A stretch of DNA of 64,000 bases, from assembly GCA_965261345.1 (NCBI GenBank), contig OZ253449.1, positions 1,920,001-1,984,000 of the forward strand, in the 5' to 3' direction. Positions 10,454 to 20,259 of this stretch are shown piece after piece. This stretch comes from Chloroflexota bacterium (GTDB lineage: Bacteria > Chloroflexota > UBA11872 > VXNJ01). A program made the translations under genes and the position numbers. The notes below the pieces were generated by a model. The model did not search any database. It was not told the DNA's origin and saw nothing but the letters and a program-made list of their open reading frames with translations. Position 1 is the stretch's first letter, and each line of letters starts with the position of its first letter.

Positions 10454-11205
10454 TCCGTATCGGCCACCTTTTACCCGAACTGATGAACATTTACGCCGAT
10501 CGCGGCAACGTCGAATGCCTGCTAAAACGGTGCCAATGGCGCTCAATACCTGCCCAAAAAGTCGCGCTGCGGGCGGGGTGCCGCTTTGGTCCGGCCGATG
10601 TTGATATCGTATTGATCGGCGGCGGCCAGGATCGCCAGCAGCAGTTGGCCAGCCGGGCGCTGGCCGGACCGACCGGGGCAAGCCTGCGAGCCTGCGTCGC
10701 GGACGGGGTGGTGCTGTTGGCGGTCTGCGGCGGGTATCAGCTGATGGGCCACAGCTACCGTGATTTCGACGGCCGGGTCATCGCCGGGATGGGGCTGCTT
10801 GAACTTGAAACGGTCCATCCCGGGCCCGGCACCGACCGCTGTATCGGAAACGTTGCGGTCGATTGGATCGGGCAGTCGCTGATCGGGTTTGAAAATCACG
10901 GCGGGCGCACCTACCTGGCCGCCGGGCAAGCACCGCTCGGTCGGGTCCAATATGGGCACGGCAACAATTCCGAAGATGGCACCGAAGGCGCCCGCAGCGG
11001 GAACGTGTTCGGAACCTACCTGCACGGATCGTTGCTGCCCAAGAATCCCCGGTTTGCCGACCACCTGCTCGGATTGGCGCTGGCCCGCAACGGTTGCCGA
11101 TCCGAATTGACGCCGCTCGACGACCGCGCGGAGTGGGCCGCCCATGCCTCGGCCCAGGCTTTAATCAGCTGGCAGCAACCGGCCAAACAGCGGCGCAGCA
11201 ATTGA
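10450..11205 (+). CDS. gatD: Lipid II isoglutaminyl synthase glutaminase subunit GatD
   Basis: IYADRGN, GGGQD, VCGGYQ, GFENHGG, TYLHGSLLPKN. Confidence 0.9.
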   Translation: MIRIGHLLPELMNIYADRGNVECLLKRCQWRSIPAQKVALRAGCRFGPADVDIVLIGGGQDRQQQLASRALAGPTGASLRACVADGVVLLAVCGGYQLMGHSYRDFDGRVIAGMGLLELETVHPGPGTDRCIGNVAVDWIGQSLIGFENHGGRTYLAAGQAPLGRVQYGHGNNSEDGTEGARSGNVFGTYLHGSLLPKNPRFADHLLGLALARNGCRSELTPLDDRAEWAAHASAQALISWQQPAKQRRSN

Positions 11206-11270
11206 CGTGAGGCATAGCCAAGATAAAATCCGCAGGTTAGCCTGCCCGACGACGGATTTGCCCTTCACCT

Positions 11271-13049
11271 ATGGCGCGATCTGATAGCGCCGGCGCCGTT
11301 GGCGCTGTCACCGAGACCGGCCTGCGGGTAACCCTGCCCGGACTCGATTACTACCGCGAAAACATCGCCTGCCAGGCCGCATGTCCGGCCGGCACCGACG
11401 CGCGTGGTTTAGTTACCGCAATTGCCCGTGGCGAGTACGCGGCGGCCTGGGACATTGCCCGTCAGGCCAATCCCTTCGCAGCGGTTTGCGGAAGCGCCTG
11501 TTCAGCACCGTGTGAGGCCAGTTGTCGTCGCGGAGCGATCGATTCGCCGATCGCCATCGCCGCGCTGCAGCGATTTGCCGCCGGGGCCGCCGCCGCCGCG
11601 CGTCCGGCCGACTTGGCATCGCCGGCGCGGGCGCCGGAAAACTCGCGCACCGCCGGATCGATCTTTGCGCTGAGCCAGTATCGCCGCCGCTTAGCGGATC
11701 AGCGTAAGGAAGGGGCCCGAGTTGCGGTCATCGGATCAGGACCGGCCGGACTGACCGCGGCTCACGACCTTTCGCTGCTCGGACACGCGGTTGACATATT
11801 TGAAGCATCCGATCGCCCGGGCGGAATGATGCTGCGCGGAATACCCGAGTACGTTCTGCCGCGCTCGGAGGTTGCGGCCGAAATCGCCGCCGTCCTCGAA
11901 ATGCCGGGGTTGCGGATCGAATACGGCCGCGAACTGGGCGCCGGTCTAGACCTGGACGAATTGTGCCGGTCCTATGATTTAGTGATCCTGGCGATTGGCG
12001 ATCCCGACCAGTGGCGCACCGGCAATGGATCCAACCTGCTTTCGGTCCCCGAATTGGTCGATGGTTTCCGGCCGGGATCGGCGGTTGAGCTGGTTGGTCA
12101 AATGGTGGTAGTCGCCGGCGGCTGCGACCGCTCGATAGCCGCCGCCCGGACCGCCGCCCGGATCCAGCGCAATGCTGGCCAACCGGCGATGGTAACCATG
12201 GTGGCCGAAAGGGTTTTCGGTTCGTCGGCCGCCGCCAGCGAGGCTGCACGCGAGGGCGTCCGTATTGAAACCGGGTTCTTGCCCGAGCCGATCGTTGAAC
12301 GCGGCGACGGCTTTTTAGTCCCTCTCGGCCTCGGTCGGGAGAGCATTCTGGCCGATGTCGTGGTGTTGCCGATGGGCAGCCCGCAGTTGTCGGCCCGTCC
12401 CTCAATCGACCTTTTGTCCCTGCCCGCCAACGTGTTCATCGCCGCATCGCCATCGGCCGATGAGGGCATCGTGTATGCGGTAAAGGCAGGGCACGACGCG
12501 GCCCTTGCGGCCGAGTCGCATATCCAGGGCGCAATGGTCGCGATGCGGCGGTCAGGAAATATGCATTCGTTGGCCGCGAGTGATTTTCAGGTGCCCGGTT
12601 ACCTGCAGCTACCGCCTCAGGAATCAGTCCAGCGGCCGCCCGCGCGGCGCGGTCCGTTCGAACAACCCGACCTGGGTTTCAGCGAAGCCGAGGCCCGGGC
12701 CGAGGCCCAGCGGTGCCTCAAATGCAACGTAAATACGGTATTTGAAAGCCCGCGCTGCATTACCTGCGGTGATTGTGTGGATGTCTGTCCGCACCAATGC
12801 CTGGACCTAGTTGCCCCGGCCGCCGTTTCGGGCCACGGGCTAGACGCGGTGCTGGCCGGCGAATTTGGCGCCGGATTGGATTTTCTGCGGCGTGCGGACG
12901 GGGCCTCCGACGCGGTGTTGATCGTCAAGGACGAGTCGACCTGCACCAATTGCGGGCTGTGCGTAGAGGTTTGTCCGACCGACGTAATCGGGTTCGAGTG
13001 GTTCGGGTTTTCTGAAGAACTCGAATTGCTGCCGGGTCCGGTTGCCTGA
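11271..13049 (+). CDS. GltD/NfnB-like Fe-S flavoprotein with a C-terminal 2x[4Fe-4S] ferredoxin domain
   Basis: CQAACP..VCGSACSAPCE..CRR, IGSGPAG, RCLKC, CITCGDCVDVCP, CTNCGLCVEVCP. Confidence 0.85.
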   Translation: MARSDSAGAVGAVTETGLRVTLPGLDYYRENIACQAACPAGTDARGLVTAIARGEYAAAWDIARQANPFAAVCGSACSAPCEASCRRGAIDSPIAIAALQRFAAGAAAAARPADLASPARAPENSRTAGSIFALSQYRRRLADQRKEGARVAVIGSGPAGLTAAHDLSLLGHAVDIFEASDRPGGMMLRGIPEYVLPRSEVAAEIAAVLEMPGLRIEYGRELGAGLDLDELCRSYDLVILAIGDPDQWRTGNGSNLLSVPELVDGFRPGSAVELVGQMVVVAGGCDRSIAAARTAARIQRNAGQPAMVTMVAERVFGSSAAASEAAREGVRIETGFLPEPIVERGDGFLVPLGLGRESILADVVVLPMGSPQLSARPSIDLLSLPANVFIAASPSADEGIVYAVKAGHDAALAAESHIQGAMVAMRRSGNMHSLAASDFQVPGYLQLPPQESVQRPPARRGPFEQPDLGFSEAEARAEAQRCLKCNVNTVFESPRCITCGDCVDVCPHQCLDLVAPAAVSGHGLDAVLAGEFGAGLDFLRRADGASDAVLIVKDESTCTNCGLCVEVCPTDVIGFEWFGFSEELELLPGPVA

Positions 13050-13169
13050 TGCCGCTTCCGCCAACCCCCGCGCCGTCCTCCGCTTTGAGAAAATGGTGGC
13101 GGAACTAGGCATGGTAACTCCACAATTTGAACCCCGTACCTTTAGCAAGCTAAGGACTCGATCGCGCTG

Positions 13170-13871
13170 ATGGATTCGCACGGAACCGCTTCGGCGCAAT
13201 CTAACGATTCGCTAAGCGATGGATACACTGCCCGCTCGCGGGCGGTGTCGCAAAACTTCTTCCTGGCGCTGCACCCGGTGCAGGTTCGGCGCGCGAGCAT
13301 TCGCCCGTTCTACTCGCTCGGCCTGGGCTTGCTCTCGGCCTACAGCTTGGTGATCATGTTCGCTACCGGAATCCTGCTGATGTTCCATTACGTCCCGCAG
13401 GTGGATGCCGCCTACGCGAGCATGGTCCGGCTCGAAACCGACGTATTCCTCGGTGGCCTGATCAAAAACCTGCATTTTGTTTCCGGTCACGCCCTGCTCG
13501 TGTTCTCGCTCGCCCACCTATTTAGGGCCTTTTTCACCGGGGCCTATGCCGGGCGATCCGGCAACTGGGTGGTGGGAGTGATCATGTTGCTGATCGCGCT
13601 GCTAACTGTCGCAACCGGTTACGTGTTGCCCTGGGATCAGGGTGCCTACTGGGTGACCGTCGGAGCATCCGAAATTGTTGCCCAGGGTCCGATCCTGGGC
13701 GAATGGGTGCAACTTATAGTTTTCGGTGGCGACGATGTCGGACAGGCCACGCTAACCCGTTTCTACACCCTGCATTTCCTGGTCGGGCCGCTGCTCTTGC
13801 TGGCTTTGTCGGGCCTTCATGTTTTCCTGATTCGAAGCGCCGGCGGCCTGGCCGCCGGCGGCGACCAATAA
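13170..13871 (+). CDS. Cytochrome b N-terminal subunit (b6-like) of a Rieske/cyt b complex
   Basis: TGILLMFHYVP, heme His pairs H-x13-H and H-x14-H, TGYVLPWDQ, TLTRFYTLH. Confidence 0.9.
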   Translation: MDSHGTASAQSNDSLSDGYTARSRAVSQNFFLALHPVQVRRASIRPFYSLGLGLLSAYSLVIMFATGILLMFHYVPQVDAAYASMVRLETDVFLGGLIKNLHFVSGHALLVFSLAHLFRAFFTGAYAGRSGNWVVGVIMLLIALLTVATGYVLPWDQGAYWVTVGASEIVAQGPILGEWVQLIVFGGDDVGQATLTRFYTLHFLVGPLLLLALSGLHVFLIRSAGGLAAGGDQ

Positions 13872-13890
13872 CTAAAGCATTGGAGCTCCT

Positions 13891-14727
13891 TTGAACGTTA
13901 GCCAGGTGGACGCCTCGGGCAAGACCTACGGCCTGATGGGTTTGGCCCGCGGCCAGACGCGCCGAACGCAACCGGCCGCCGGCAAAGTTCTTTCCTACCC
14001 TTCGGTGCTGTTGTCTGAATTGCTGCTGTTTTTGGGCTTGTTGCTGGTGCTATTGGTCATCGCCGCGTTCGCTTCCCCGCAGTTGGGTGCCCCGATCAAC
14101 GTTGCCGCCCCCGACAATCCGGCTCCGGTCCCCTGGTTTACGGCCGATATTTCCGAACTCAACCTGCGGTTCAATCCAGTTTTTGCCGGAATAATCATCC
14201 CGTCGCTGTGGGTGGTTGGATTGCTGGCGGTACCGTTCATCGCCCCCGACCCGGCCGCCCCCGGCACCTGGTTCGGCGGTCGGAGTCTCAGATTCGCGCT
14301 AGCAGGTGCCGTCTGCTTCGGCGGATTGCTGGCCCTCTACGTGATATTTGATCCGGCCGGCCGTCTTTTCCATGAAATAAATTCAAGCCTGAATCTGACC
14401 CAATTGGCGGACGGACAGTCGCCGAGCTGGTGGCCGACCGATATCCTGTTCTTCGGATTCCCCGATCTGACCGAATTCTCCTCGCTGCTCTGGGCCGGCC
14501 TGCTGCCGTTTGTCATTCTGGTTGCAGTCGGGTTCGCGGCGATCCTGGTGGCGCGCCTGGGGGTCAATGCCAATCGTCACGAATTGACGGTTCTGATATT
14601 TAGCGGCGTCTGGGCCGGGGCCTTCGCGCTCATGTTCATCTACGGCGCGATGCGCGGGCCGGACCTGGTCCTCTATGCTCCCTGGGACGTTCCGGCGACC
14701 CTCCCGGCCACCTTCGGCGCCGGTTGA
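13891..14727 (+). CDS. Cytochrome b C-terminal / subunit IV-like membrane protein
   Basis: Multi-TM protein; NPAPVPWF..ISEL at the PEWY-loop position; lies between cyt b and Rieske genes. Confidence 0.7.
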   Translation: MNVSQVDASGKTYGLMGLARGQTRRTQPAAGKVLSYPSVLLSELLLFLGLLLVLLVIAAFASPQLGAPINVAAPDNPAPVPWFTADISELNLRFNPVFAGIIIPSLWVVGLLAVPFIAPDPAAPGTWFGGRSLRFALAGAVCFGGLLALYVIFDPAGRLFHEINSSLNLTQLADGQSPSWWPTDILFFGFPDLTEFSSLLWAGLLPFVILVAVGFAAILVARLGVNANRHELTVLIFSGVWAGAFALMFIYGAMRGPDLVLYAPWDVPATLPATFGAG

Positions 14728-14784
14728 ACCGGCCGAATTTTGTTCCGATGATCAAACCTGCACCGGCATATATTTAGCACCGCA

Positions 14785-15273
14785 ATGCCCGCCCGCCAAC
14801 CAGGACATTTGGAAATTGCCCGCCGTGGCCTGCTCAAGGGAGCCTTCGGTTCCGTGGTCGGGGTCCTGGCGCCGCTGGCATCGGTCGCTGCCGGGGTCGC
14901 TTACCTCCTGCCGGCGCGCGCGACCGAGGAGTTATGGATCGATGCCGGACAGCCGGGCGAATTCGCCGAAGGCGAGGTCAAATTCATCCCTTCGGCTGGA
15001 ATATTCGTCTCGCGCAGCGACCGTGGGTTCATCGCCCTCAGTCAGGACTGCACCCATCTTGGTTGCAGGGTGCCGTTCGATCCACAGGAGCGCCAATTCC
15101 GCTGCCCTTGCCACGGGTCGGTCTATGACGAATATGGCGACAATCTGACCGGCCCGGCGCCGCGACCGCTGGCGATCCATCCGTTGCGCCTCGAGGGCGG
15201 TCACGTTCTGGTTTCAACCCTTGCTCGTCCGCGCGAGCAGGTTAGCGAGGTTCAATTTAAGCCCTATGCCTAA
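14785..15273 (+). CDS. Rieske [2Fe-2S] subunit
   Basis: Tat-like ARRGLL plus TM helix; [22 protein letters not shown]. Confidence 0.93.
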   Translation: MPARQPGHLEIARRGLLKGAFGSVVGVLAPLASVAAGVAYLLPARATEELWIDAGQPGEFAEGEVKFIPSAGIFVSRSDRGFIALSQDCTHLGCRVPFDPQERQFRCPCHGSVYDEYGDNLTGPAPRPLAIHPLRLEGGHVLVSTLARPREQVSEVQFKPYA

Positions 15274-15760
15274 CCGAACCGAATTCCAAGTTGCCGCTGC
15301 GGCATCGCTTGCGGCCCTCATCGTGTTGGTGCTGGCTGCGGTATTGGTAACTGAGGGTCTGCGTCACGATTCGGCGCGCGACCACTATCGCACCTATCTG
15401 GAAGCTCCCGAATTGAGCGAATTCGGGATTTTTTCAATAACCGCCGCCGCGCCGATTGAGGAAGTGATCGTTGAGCGTTCGCCCGAGTTGGAGGCGATAT
15501 ACGACCTGTTTATTGAAAAGGGCTGCACCGGCTGCCACATGGTTGACGGAATCCCCGAGGCGATCGGTGACACCGGGCCCGGCCTGAACGGATTCGCCAC
15601 CCGTGCAATGATCGGCGAAACGCTGGAAATGGGACGCGATAACCTGGCCCTCTGGCTCACCGACCCGCCTTCACACAAGCCCGACACGTTGATGCCGGCC
15701 TTGGGGCTGTCAGCGGAAGACATCGATCTGCTAATCGATTGGCTCTTTACTCTCACCTGA
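15266..15760 (+). CDS. Membrane-anchored monoheme cytochrome c
   Basis: N-terminal TM helix, CTGCH, GPGL, distal Met in KPDTLMP. Confidence 0.85.
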   Translation: MPNRTEFQVAAAASLAALIVLVLAAVLVTEGLRHDSARDHYRTYLEAPELSEFGIFSITAAAPIEEVIVERSPELEAIYDLFIEKGCTGCHMVDGIPEAIGDTGPGLNGFATRAMIGETLEMGRDNLALWLTDPPSHKPDTLMPALGLSAEDIDLLIDWLFTLT

Positions 15761-17068
15761 TTCCGGGAAGAGCCCTAAAAGGTCATCATAGGTCTCGCGC
15801 CGGCGGGTGATCCGGGCCGCTCCATCGGCCACAAATACCACCGCCGGGCGCAGCGCCAGGTTGTAGTTGGAGGACATGGCCATCCCGTAGGCGCCCGATG
15901 TTGCCGCCGCCAGGATGTCGCCGCGTCGCAGCTGGGGAAGCTCAAGGTCCTTAAAGAGGATGTCGCCGGACTCACAGTAGCGCCCGGCAACGGTCACCGT
16001 CGAGCGGACGGAGGTCCCGCGGCGATTGGCCAGGACGGCGGTGTAGCGGGCCCCGTAGAGCGCCGGGCGGATGTTGTCGGCCATGCCGCCGTCGACCGCC
16101 GCGTAGGTGCGCACACCGGGGATCGACTTGATGGATCCCACCGTGTAGAGTGCGATCCCGGAGCGGGCGATGATCGATCGTCCCGGTTCGACCACCAGCA
16201 GCGGGCGGCGACCATCCGGCAACGCCGACCTGACCACCTTGCCCAGGGCGCCCATCAACGCCCCGGGATCCAGACCGGCATCGTCTTCGGTGTAGCGCAC
16301 GCCGGCGCCCCCACCGGGTGAGATCACGCTGGGAAAAAAGCCGGTCCGTTGCTCCATCGCCAGGGCAAAGTCGATCAGCTTGCGGGCGTTGTCCTCAAGC
16401 GGCTGCGCATCAAAAATCTGTGAACCAATGTGGGCGTGATAGCCGAGCAGCTCGATTCCCCGGTTGGCAAGTGCCGCAATGACGGCTTCCTGGGCCTGCC
16501 CGGTTGCGATCGCGATTCCAAATTTGGAATCAATTTCACCGGTGCGGATGTATTCATGGGTGTGGGCCGAAATTCCTGGAGTTAGCCGCAACAGGGTCTT
16601 GGCCCGACGCCCTCCGGCGGCAGCGATTTCTCCGATCAACTCCAAGTCGTCGCGGCCGTCGGCCACGAAATGGCCGATACCGGCCGCCAGCGCCAGCTCA
16701 ATTTCGCCGCGCAGCTTGTTATTGCCGTGAAAAGTTATTAGCTCGGGATCAACGCCGGCCGCCAGGGCCGCTTTGATCTCACCGCCGCTGACGCAATCGA
16801 CGCCCAGGCCGGCGGCGGCGGCGACTCCCAGCAGGTGCAGATCTACGTAGGCCTTGGCCGCGTAGATCACCCGCGAATTTGGATAGGCGGCCGCTAGCGG
16901 ATCTACGTAGGACCGACAGTCGGAAACCACCTGAGCCTCGTCGTAAACATAGAGTGGGCTGCCAAAGCGCGCCAACAGTTCCCCGACGCGGCAACCGCCG
17001 ATCTCGAGATGACCGTCCCGGTCACGCAGGCATGAACCGGGAAAGAGTGCCAATTCGCGATCGTCCAT
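15731..17068 (-). CDS. lysA: Diaminopimelate decarboxylase
   Basis: SPLYVYD, YAAKA (PLP Lys), HAHIGSQ, EPGRS, CESGD, GAYG. Confidence 0.94.
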   Translation of the reverse strand: MDDRELALFPGSCLRDRDGHLEIGGCRVGELLARFGSPLYVYDEAQVVSDCRSYVDPLAAAYPNSRVIYAAKAYVDLHLLGVAAAAGLGVDCVSGGEIKAALAAGVDPELITFHGNNKLRGEIELALAAGIGHFVADGRDDLELIGEIAAAGGRRAKTLLRLTPGISAHTHEYIRTGEIDSKFGIAIATGQAQEAVIAALANRGIELLGYHAHIGSQIFDAQPLEDNARKLIDFALAMEQRTGFFPSVISPGGGAGVRYTEDDAGLDPGALMGALGKVVRSALPDGRRPLLVVEPGRSIIARSGIALYTVGSIKSIPGVRTYAAVDGGMADNIRPALYGARYTAVLANRRGTSVRSTVTVAGRYCESGDILFKDLELPQLRRGDILAAATSGAYGMAMSSNYNLALRPAVVFVADGAARITRRRETYDDLLGLFPESGESKEPID

Positions 17069-17228
17069 CAATGCCTCGATGTTGCTAATCGCTAATTTTC
17101 CGGCGCGGCGGATGAGCAATTGTTACGAGCGAACCGGTTGCGTCGTAATCTTTCCGAGACCGGCCGGAGGCCCAATCTGCGCTTGGTTGCCGCCGACCGG
17201 CGCGGGCTATTGCTGCAAGCCGGAAGCC

Positions 17229-18281
17229 TTATCCAGTGCCGCCGCCGCCCCATTCATTTATGAAGGTTCCGTCGGCGTCAAAATGCTGGATTCGATTGTT
17301 GCCGGTATCGGCCACGTAGACGCCCTCGACCCCGGCCTGCAGGCCCTGGGCGCCGGAAAACTGGCCGGGACCCGAGCCGGTTCCGCCAAAAGTTGCGCTA
17401 CGCGAACCGTCGAGCTCGTAGCGGTGGATCTCGTCGGTGGCCGGGTCAATTACGTAAAACTGGTCCTCGCGATTGAGCGACACCGCTCCCGGGTCGGTCA
17501 GATCGGCCAGATCGGTCAGGAATTCGATCTCATAGTCCAGACCGACGCGGGTGATCAGAAAGAGCTTGGACACGCCCGCATCCGGCAACCACAGCAGCCC
17601 GAAGACCTCGCCGCTGATCGGCGTTACGGTAATGCCGCGCCACACCCCGCCGGCATCGGGCGGATCGATTACGGTCTTGTCCTGCCCGTGGGCCCCATAA
17701 CGCAGCAGGCGTTCGTCGGCCGTGAGGATGTAGGGGAACCCGAATCCGCTCGAGCGCAGCTGCGTGGCCCCTTGCAGATCGGGATCGCCCCAGATCTCGG
17801 GGATTGGCAGGTGGCCGGCCGGCCGGCCCTGGTAGAGCCCGTACTTTTGCACCTGGGCGTTGCCGGAGTCCAGCACCCAGAGCACCCGGGTCCGATCGTA
17901 GGTGGCGTCTTCCGGGCTAGAGTACGGGTGCTCGCGATCCGTTACTGCTTCTCCACCATCCGACCAGAAGGTGACGACGCCATCTTCCGTAAATTCAAAC
18001 AGTTTGTTATCGGCGGTAACAACGTAGATGTCCTTGCGTTCGTCGTTCTGACCAATACCGACCGGGCCGACCATCTCGGTGGGGTCGGTCAGCGTCCTTG
18101 GGCCACCGTCAAGCTCGGCCGAGGGACCGCCGCCAGCGCGCGCCGAGCCTGCGATACCTTCGCTTTCGACCAGTTTGGCGTCATCAGTGGAATCGCCGCA
18201 GGCGGCCAGAACAAGGGCGGCGGCGCCAGTTGACCCTGCGGCCAGAAAACGCCGGCGACTGATGGCTAAGTAATTTTTCAC
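17229..18281 (-). CDS. Tat-exported NHL-repeat beta-propeller lipoprotein
   Basis: SRRRFL Tat motif, LAAC lipobox, NHL repeats (VLDSGNAQVQKY, YVADTGNNRIQHF, GSGPGQF). Confidence 0.8.
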   Translation of the reverse strand: MKNYLAISRRRFLAAGSTGAAALVLAACGDSTDDAKLVESEGIAGSARAGGGPSAELDGGPRTLTDPTEMVGPVGIGQNDERKDIYVVTADNKLFEFTEDGVVTFWSDGGEAVTDREHPYSSPEDATYDRTRVLWVLDSGNAQVQKYGLYQGRPAGHLPIPEIWGDPDLQGATQLRSSGFGFPYILTADERLLRYGAHGQDKTVIDPPDAGGVWRGITVTPISGEVFGLLWLPDAGVSKLFLITRVGLDYEIEFLTDLADLTDPGAVSLNREDQFYVIDPATDEIHRYELDGSRSATFGGTGSGPGQFSGAQGLQAGVEGVYVADTGNNRIQHFDADGTFINEWGGGGTG

Positions 18282-18409
18282 CGCGTCTGCCTCTCAACTT
18301 CAGTCGGGACCAACATGCAATATCGACATGCGAGGGGTTCGGCCGTAGCGCGTTTGACCACAACTTGCGTGCGTGGGCAATTTCCCATCGCAGCCGAACC
18401 GAAAACAAT

Positions 18410-18423
18410 TGATAACGATTTTA
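18410..18423. promoter_or_regulatory. Candidate LacI-family/cre-like operator
   Basis: TGATAACGATTTTA in the AT-rich divergent region; one mismatch to TGWNANCGNTNWCA. Confidence 0.3.
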
Positions 18424-18637
18424 TGAGCCCCAAGTCGGACTGGGGAATTGCGACGGATTTGCGCGGGTTTTAAGTTTTTAAGGTAAAGTCATTTGACATC
18501 GGTATTCGATGTGCGCAAAATTCGCGCAATTGATTGCCCTAGTATTTGCCGCGACCTGCGCTTCGGCGCGCGTTGTGGGTTGTGCTGATCCGTATTATGC
18601 GGAAGGGCGTCAAATCTTAAAAGTAGGAGGCATACTC

Positions 18638-19999
18638 TTGCGTATTACCCGAAGACGCGCTCTGACCGGAATGGCTGGGGCAGCGGGTCTGGCAGTCTTG
18701 GCTGCCTGTGGCGAAGAAGAAGCGGCAGCTCCGGCTCCCGCTCCGGTGGTAGCACCGTCCGATGACGTCGCGGCGCCCGCCGACGACGCCATGGTCGACA
18801 AAGGCGCCATGATGTACGAGGACGTTGAGATCGAATTTCGATTCAACGGACTCAACCCGGCTGGCCAGGAAGCCGCCCGTGGCGAGATCGATAACTTCAA
18901 GGCGCTGACCGGCATTACGGTCAAGCCTGACTTTTCCGACTGGGCCAGTTCTTTCCAGAAGATCACCACCGGTTTTGCCGCGCAATCTGCGCCGGACATC
19001 TGGTACGGTGGCGGCCTGTGGACGCCGGTATTGGCGGCCAAGGGCCAGGTTCTCGAGATTGACGAGTACGTGGCTGGATGGGACGAGTGGAGCGACTTTT
19101 ACCCGCGGGGCATTGAGGATGTAACTTATGAAGGTCACATCCAGGGCGTTCCGTATCGCTTCAACTACCGTGCTTCGCCGGTCATCCGACCGTCGGCTTT
19201 CACCGCCGCCGGCCTGGAAGTTGTCGTCCCGACCACTTGGGAAGAGCTAAATGCGGTCACCCAACAGCTGACCATCAAGGACGGCGATCGCTACGAGCAG
19301 GCTGGAGTCAACCTCCAGCATCACACCCAGGTGTACGAGGACTGGCTGTATCAGGCGGGCGGGAACTATTTCTCGGAAGACCGCACGATGCCGCTAAACC
19401 TGACTCCGGAAGGCATTACGGCGCTTAGCCAGCACGTGCGCGCCGGTCTAGTTGACGGCACCATGCCCAAAGAGGGCATGGACTCCGGTGTTCCGAACCT
19501 GCACGCGTTCTGCGCCGGCCGGGTTGCTTACCAGCAGCTGTGGCCTGGTGACGTAGGCAACTGCGAAACCAACGCGCCTGACGTATTTGCCGACATCCTC
19601 GCTGGTGAGCCCCTCAAGGGCCCCAAAGAGCAGATCATGCAGATCTACGTTGACAAATACATGCCGTGGAAGTTCACTAAGAACCCCGACGCGACTTTTG
19701 AGACGATGAAATACTTCGCCTCGCCGCTTCCCAACCACGACATCAATGTGGTCGGCGACCGCTCTATGCCGTGCCGAGTGGCTATGGAAGCCTACGAGCT
19801 CTACAAGTCGGAGCCGTGGAAGACCTACTCCACCAATGGCAACAAGTTCGGTAAGGGACGCCAGATCGTTCCGGAGCACTTTGACGTTCAGCCGGCCATG
19901 AGCCGCTGGGTTGAGAAGGCCGGCCTGGGCGAACTCACCGTCGAGGAAACCCTTGAGGGTATGGACGACGAAATTTTCGACATCATCTCGGGCAACTAG
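18638..19999 (+). CDS. Carbohydrate ABC transporter solute-binding lipoprotein (Tat)
   Basis: RBS AGGAGG at 18625-18630 before TTG; TRRRAL plus LAAC; APDI, VPTTWEEL. Confidence 0.88.
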   Translation: MRITRRRALTGMAGAAGLAVLAACGEEEAAAPAPAPVVAPSDDVAAPADDAMVDKGAMMYEDVEIEFRFNGLNPAGQEAARGEIDNFKALTGITVKPDFSDWASSFQKITTGFAAQSAPDIWYGGGLWTPVLAAKGQVLEIDEYVAGWDEWSDFYPRGIEDVTYEGHIQGVPYRFNYRASPVIRPSAFTAAGLEVVVPTTWEELNAVTQQLTIKDGDRYEQAGVNLQHHTQVYEDWLYQAGGNYFSEDRTMPLNLTPEGITALSQHVRAGLVDGTMPKEGMDSGVPNLHAFCAGRVAYQQLWPGDVGNCETNAPDVFADILAGEPLKGPKEQIMQIYVDKYMPWKFTKNPDATFETMKYFASPLPNHDINVVGDRSMPCRVAMEAYELYKSEPWKTYSTNGNKFGKGRQIVPEHFDVQPAMSRWVEKAGLGELTVEETLEGMDDEIFDIISGN

Positions 20000-20042
20000 A
20001 GCGTCCAATCGGTAGCTTTTTAGAGCTTTAAAAAGCACCAAT

Positions 20043-20090
20043 AGTGGGGAGGGCGCAGAGACCATGCAGATGGAATCGGCCCTCCCCACT
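20043..20090 (+). terminator. Intergenic stem-loop after the SBP gene (partial terminator or mRNA stabiliser)
   Basis: 12-bp perfect inverted repeat AGTGGGGAGGGC/GCCCTCCCCACT followed by TCTTGT. Confidence 0.6.
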
Positions 20091-20259
20091 TCTTGTAAGG
20101 TTCGCGGGGTCCGCGTCGCGAACGTGCGTTTGACATTGTTTAAATTGAATTGCGAACGCTGCAAGCTGCAAGTTGGGTAATATGAGAGTCTTACAGCCGG
20201 GCGCGAGGGTGCGTCTTGTGCTGGGACCGCGGAAGCATTCGTTGTAAGGATTAGTTCCC

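Noticed and set aside
15731-15760. 30-nt 3' overlap of cytochrome c and lysA
   Set aside because: Short convergent overlaps are common; no evidence of function
17079-18233. 384-aa plus-strand ORF
   Set aside because: Antisense shadow of the NHL lipoprotein; no motifs
18638-19999. Different codon usage in the SBP gene as a sign of horizontal transfer
   Set aside because: Consistent with high-expression bias (strong RBS, stabilising hairpin); no mobility genes
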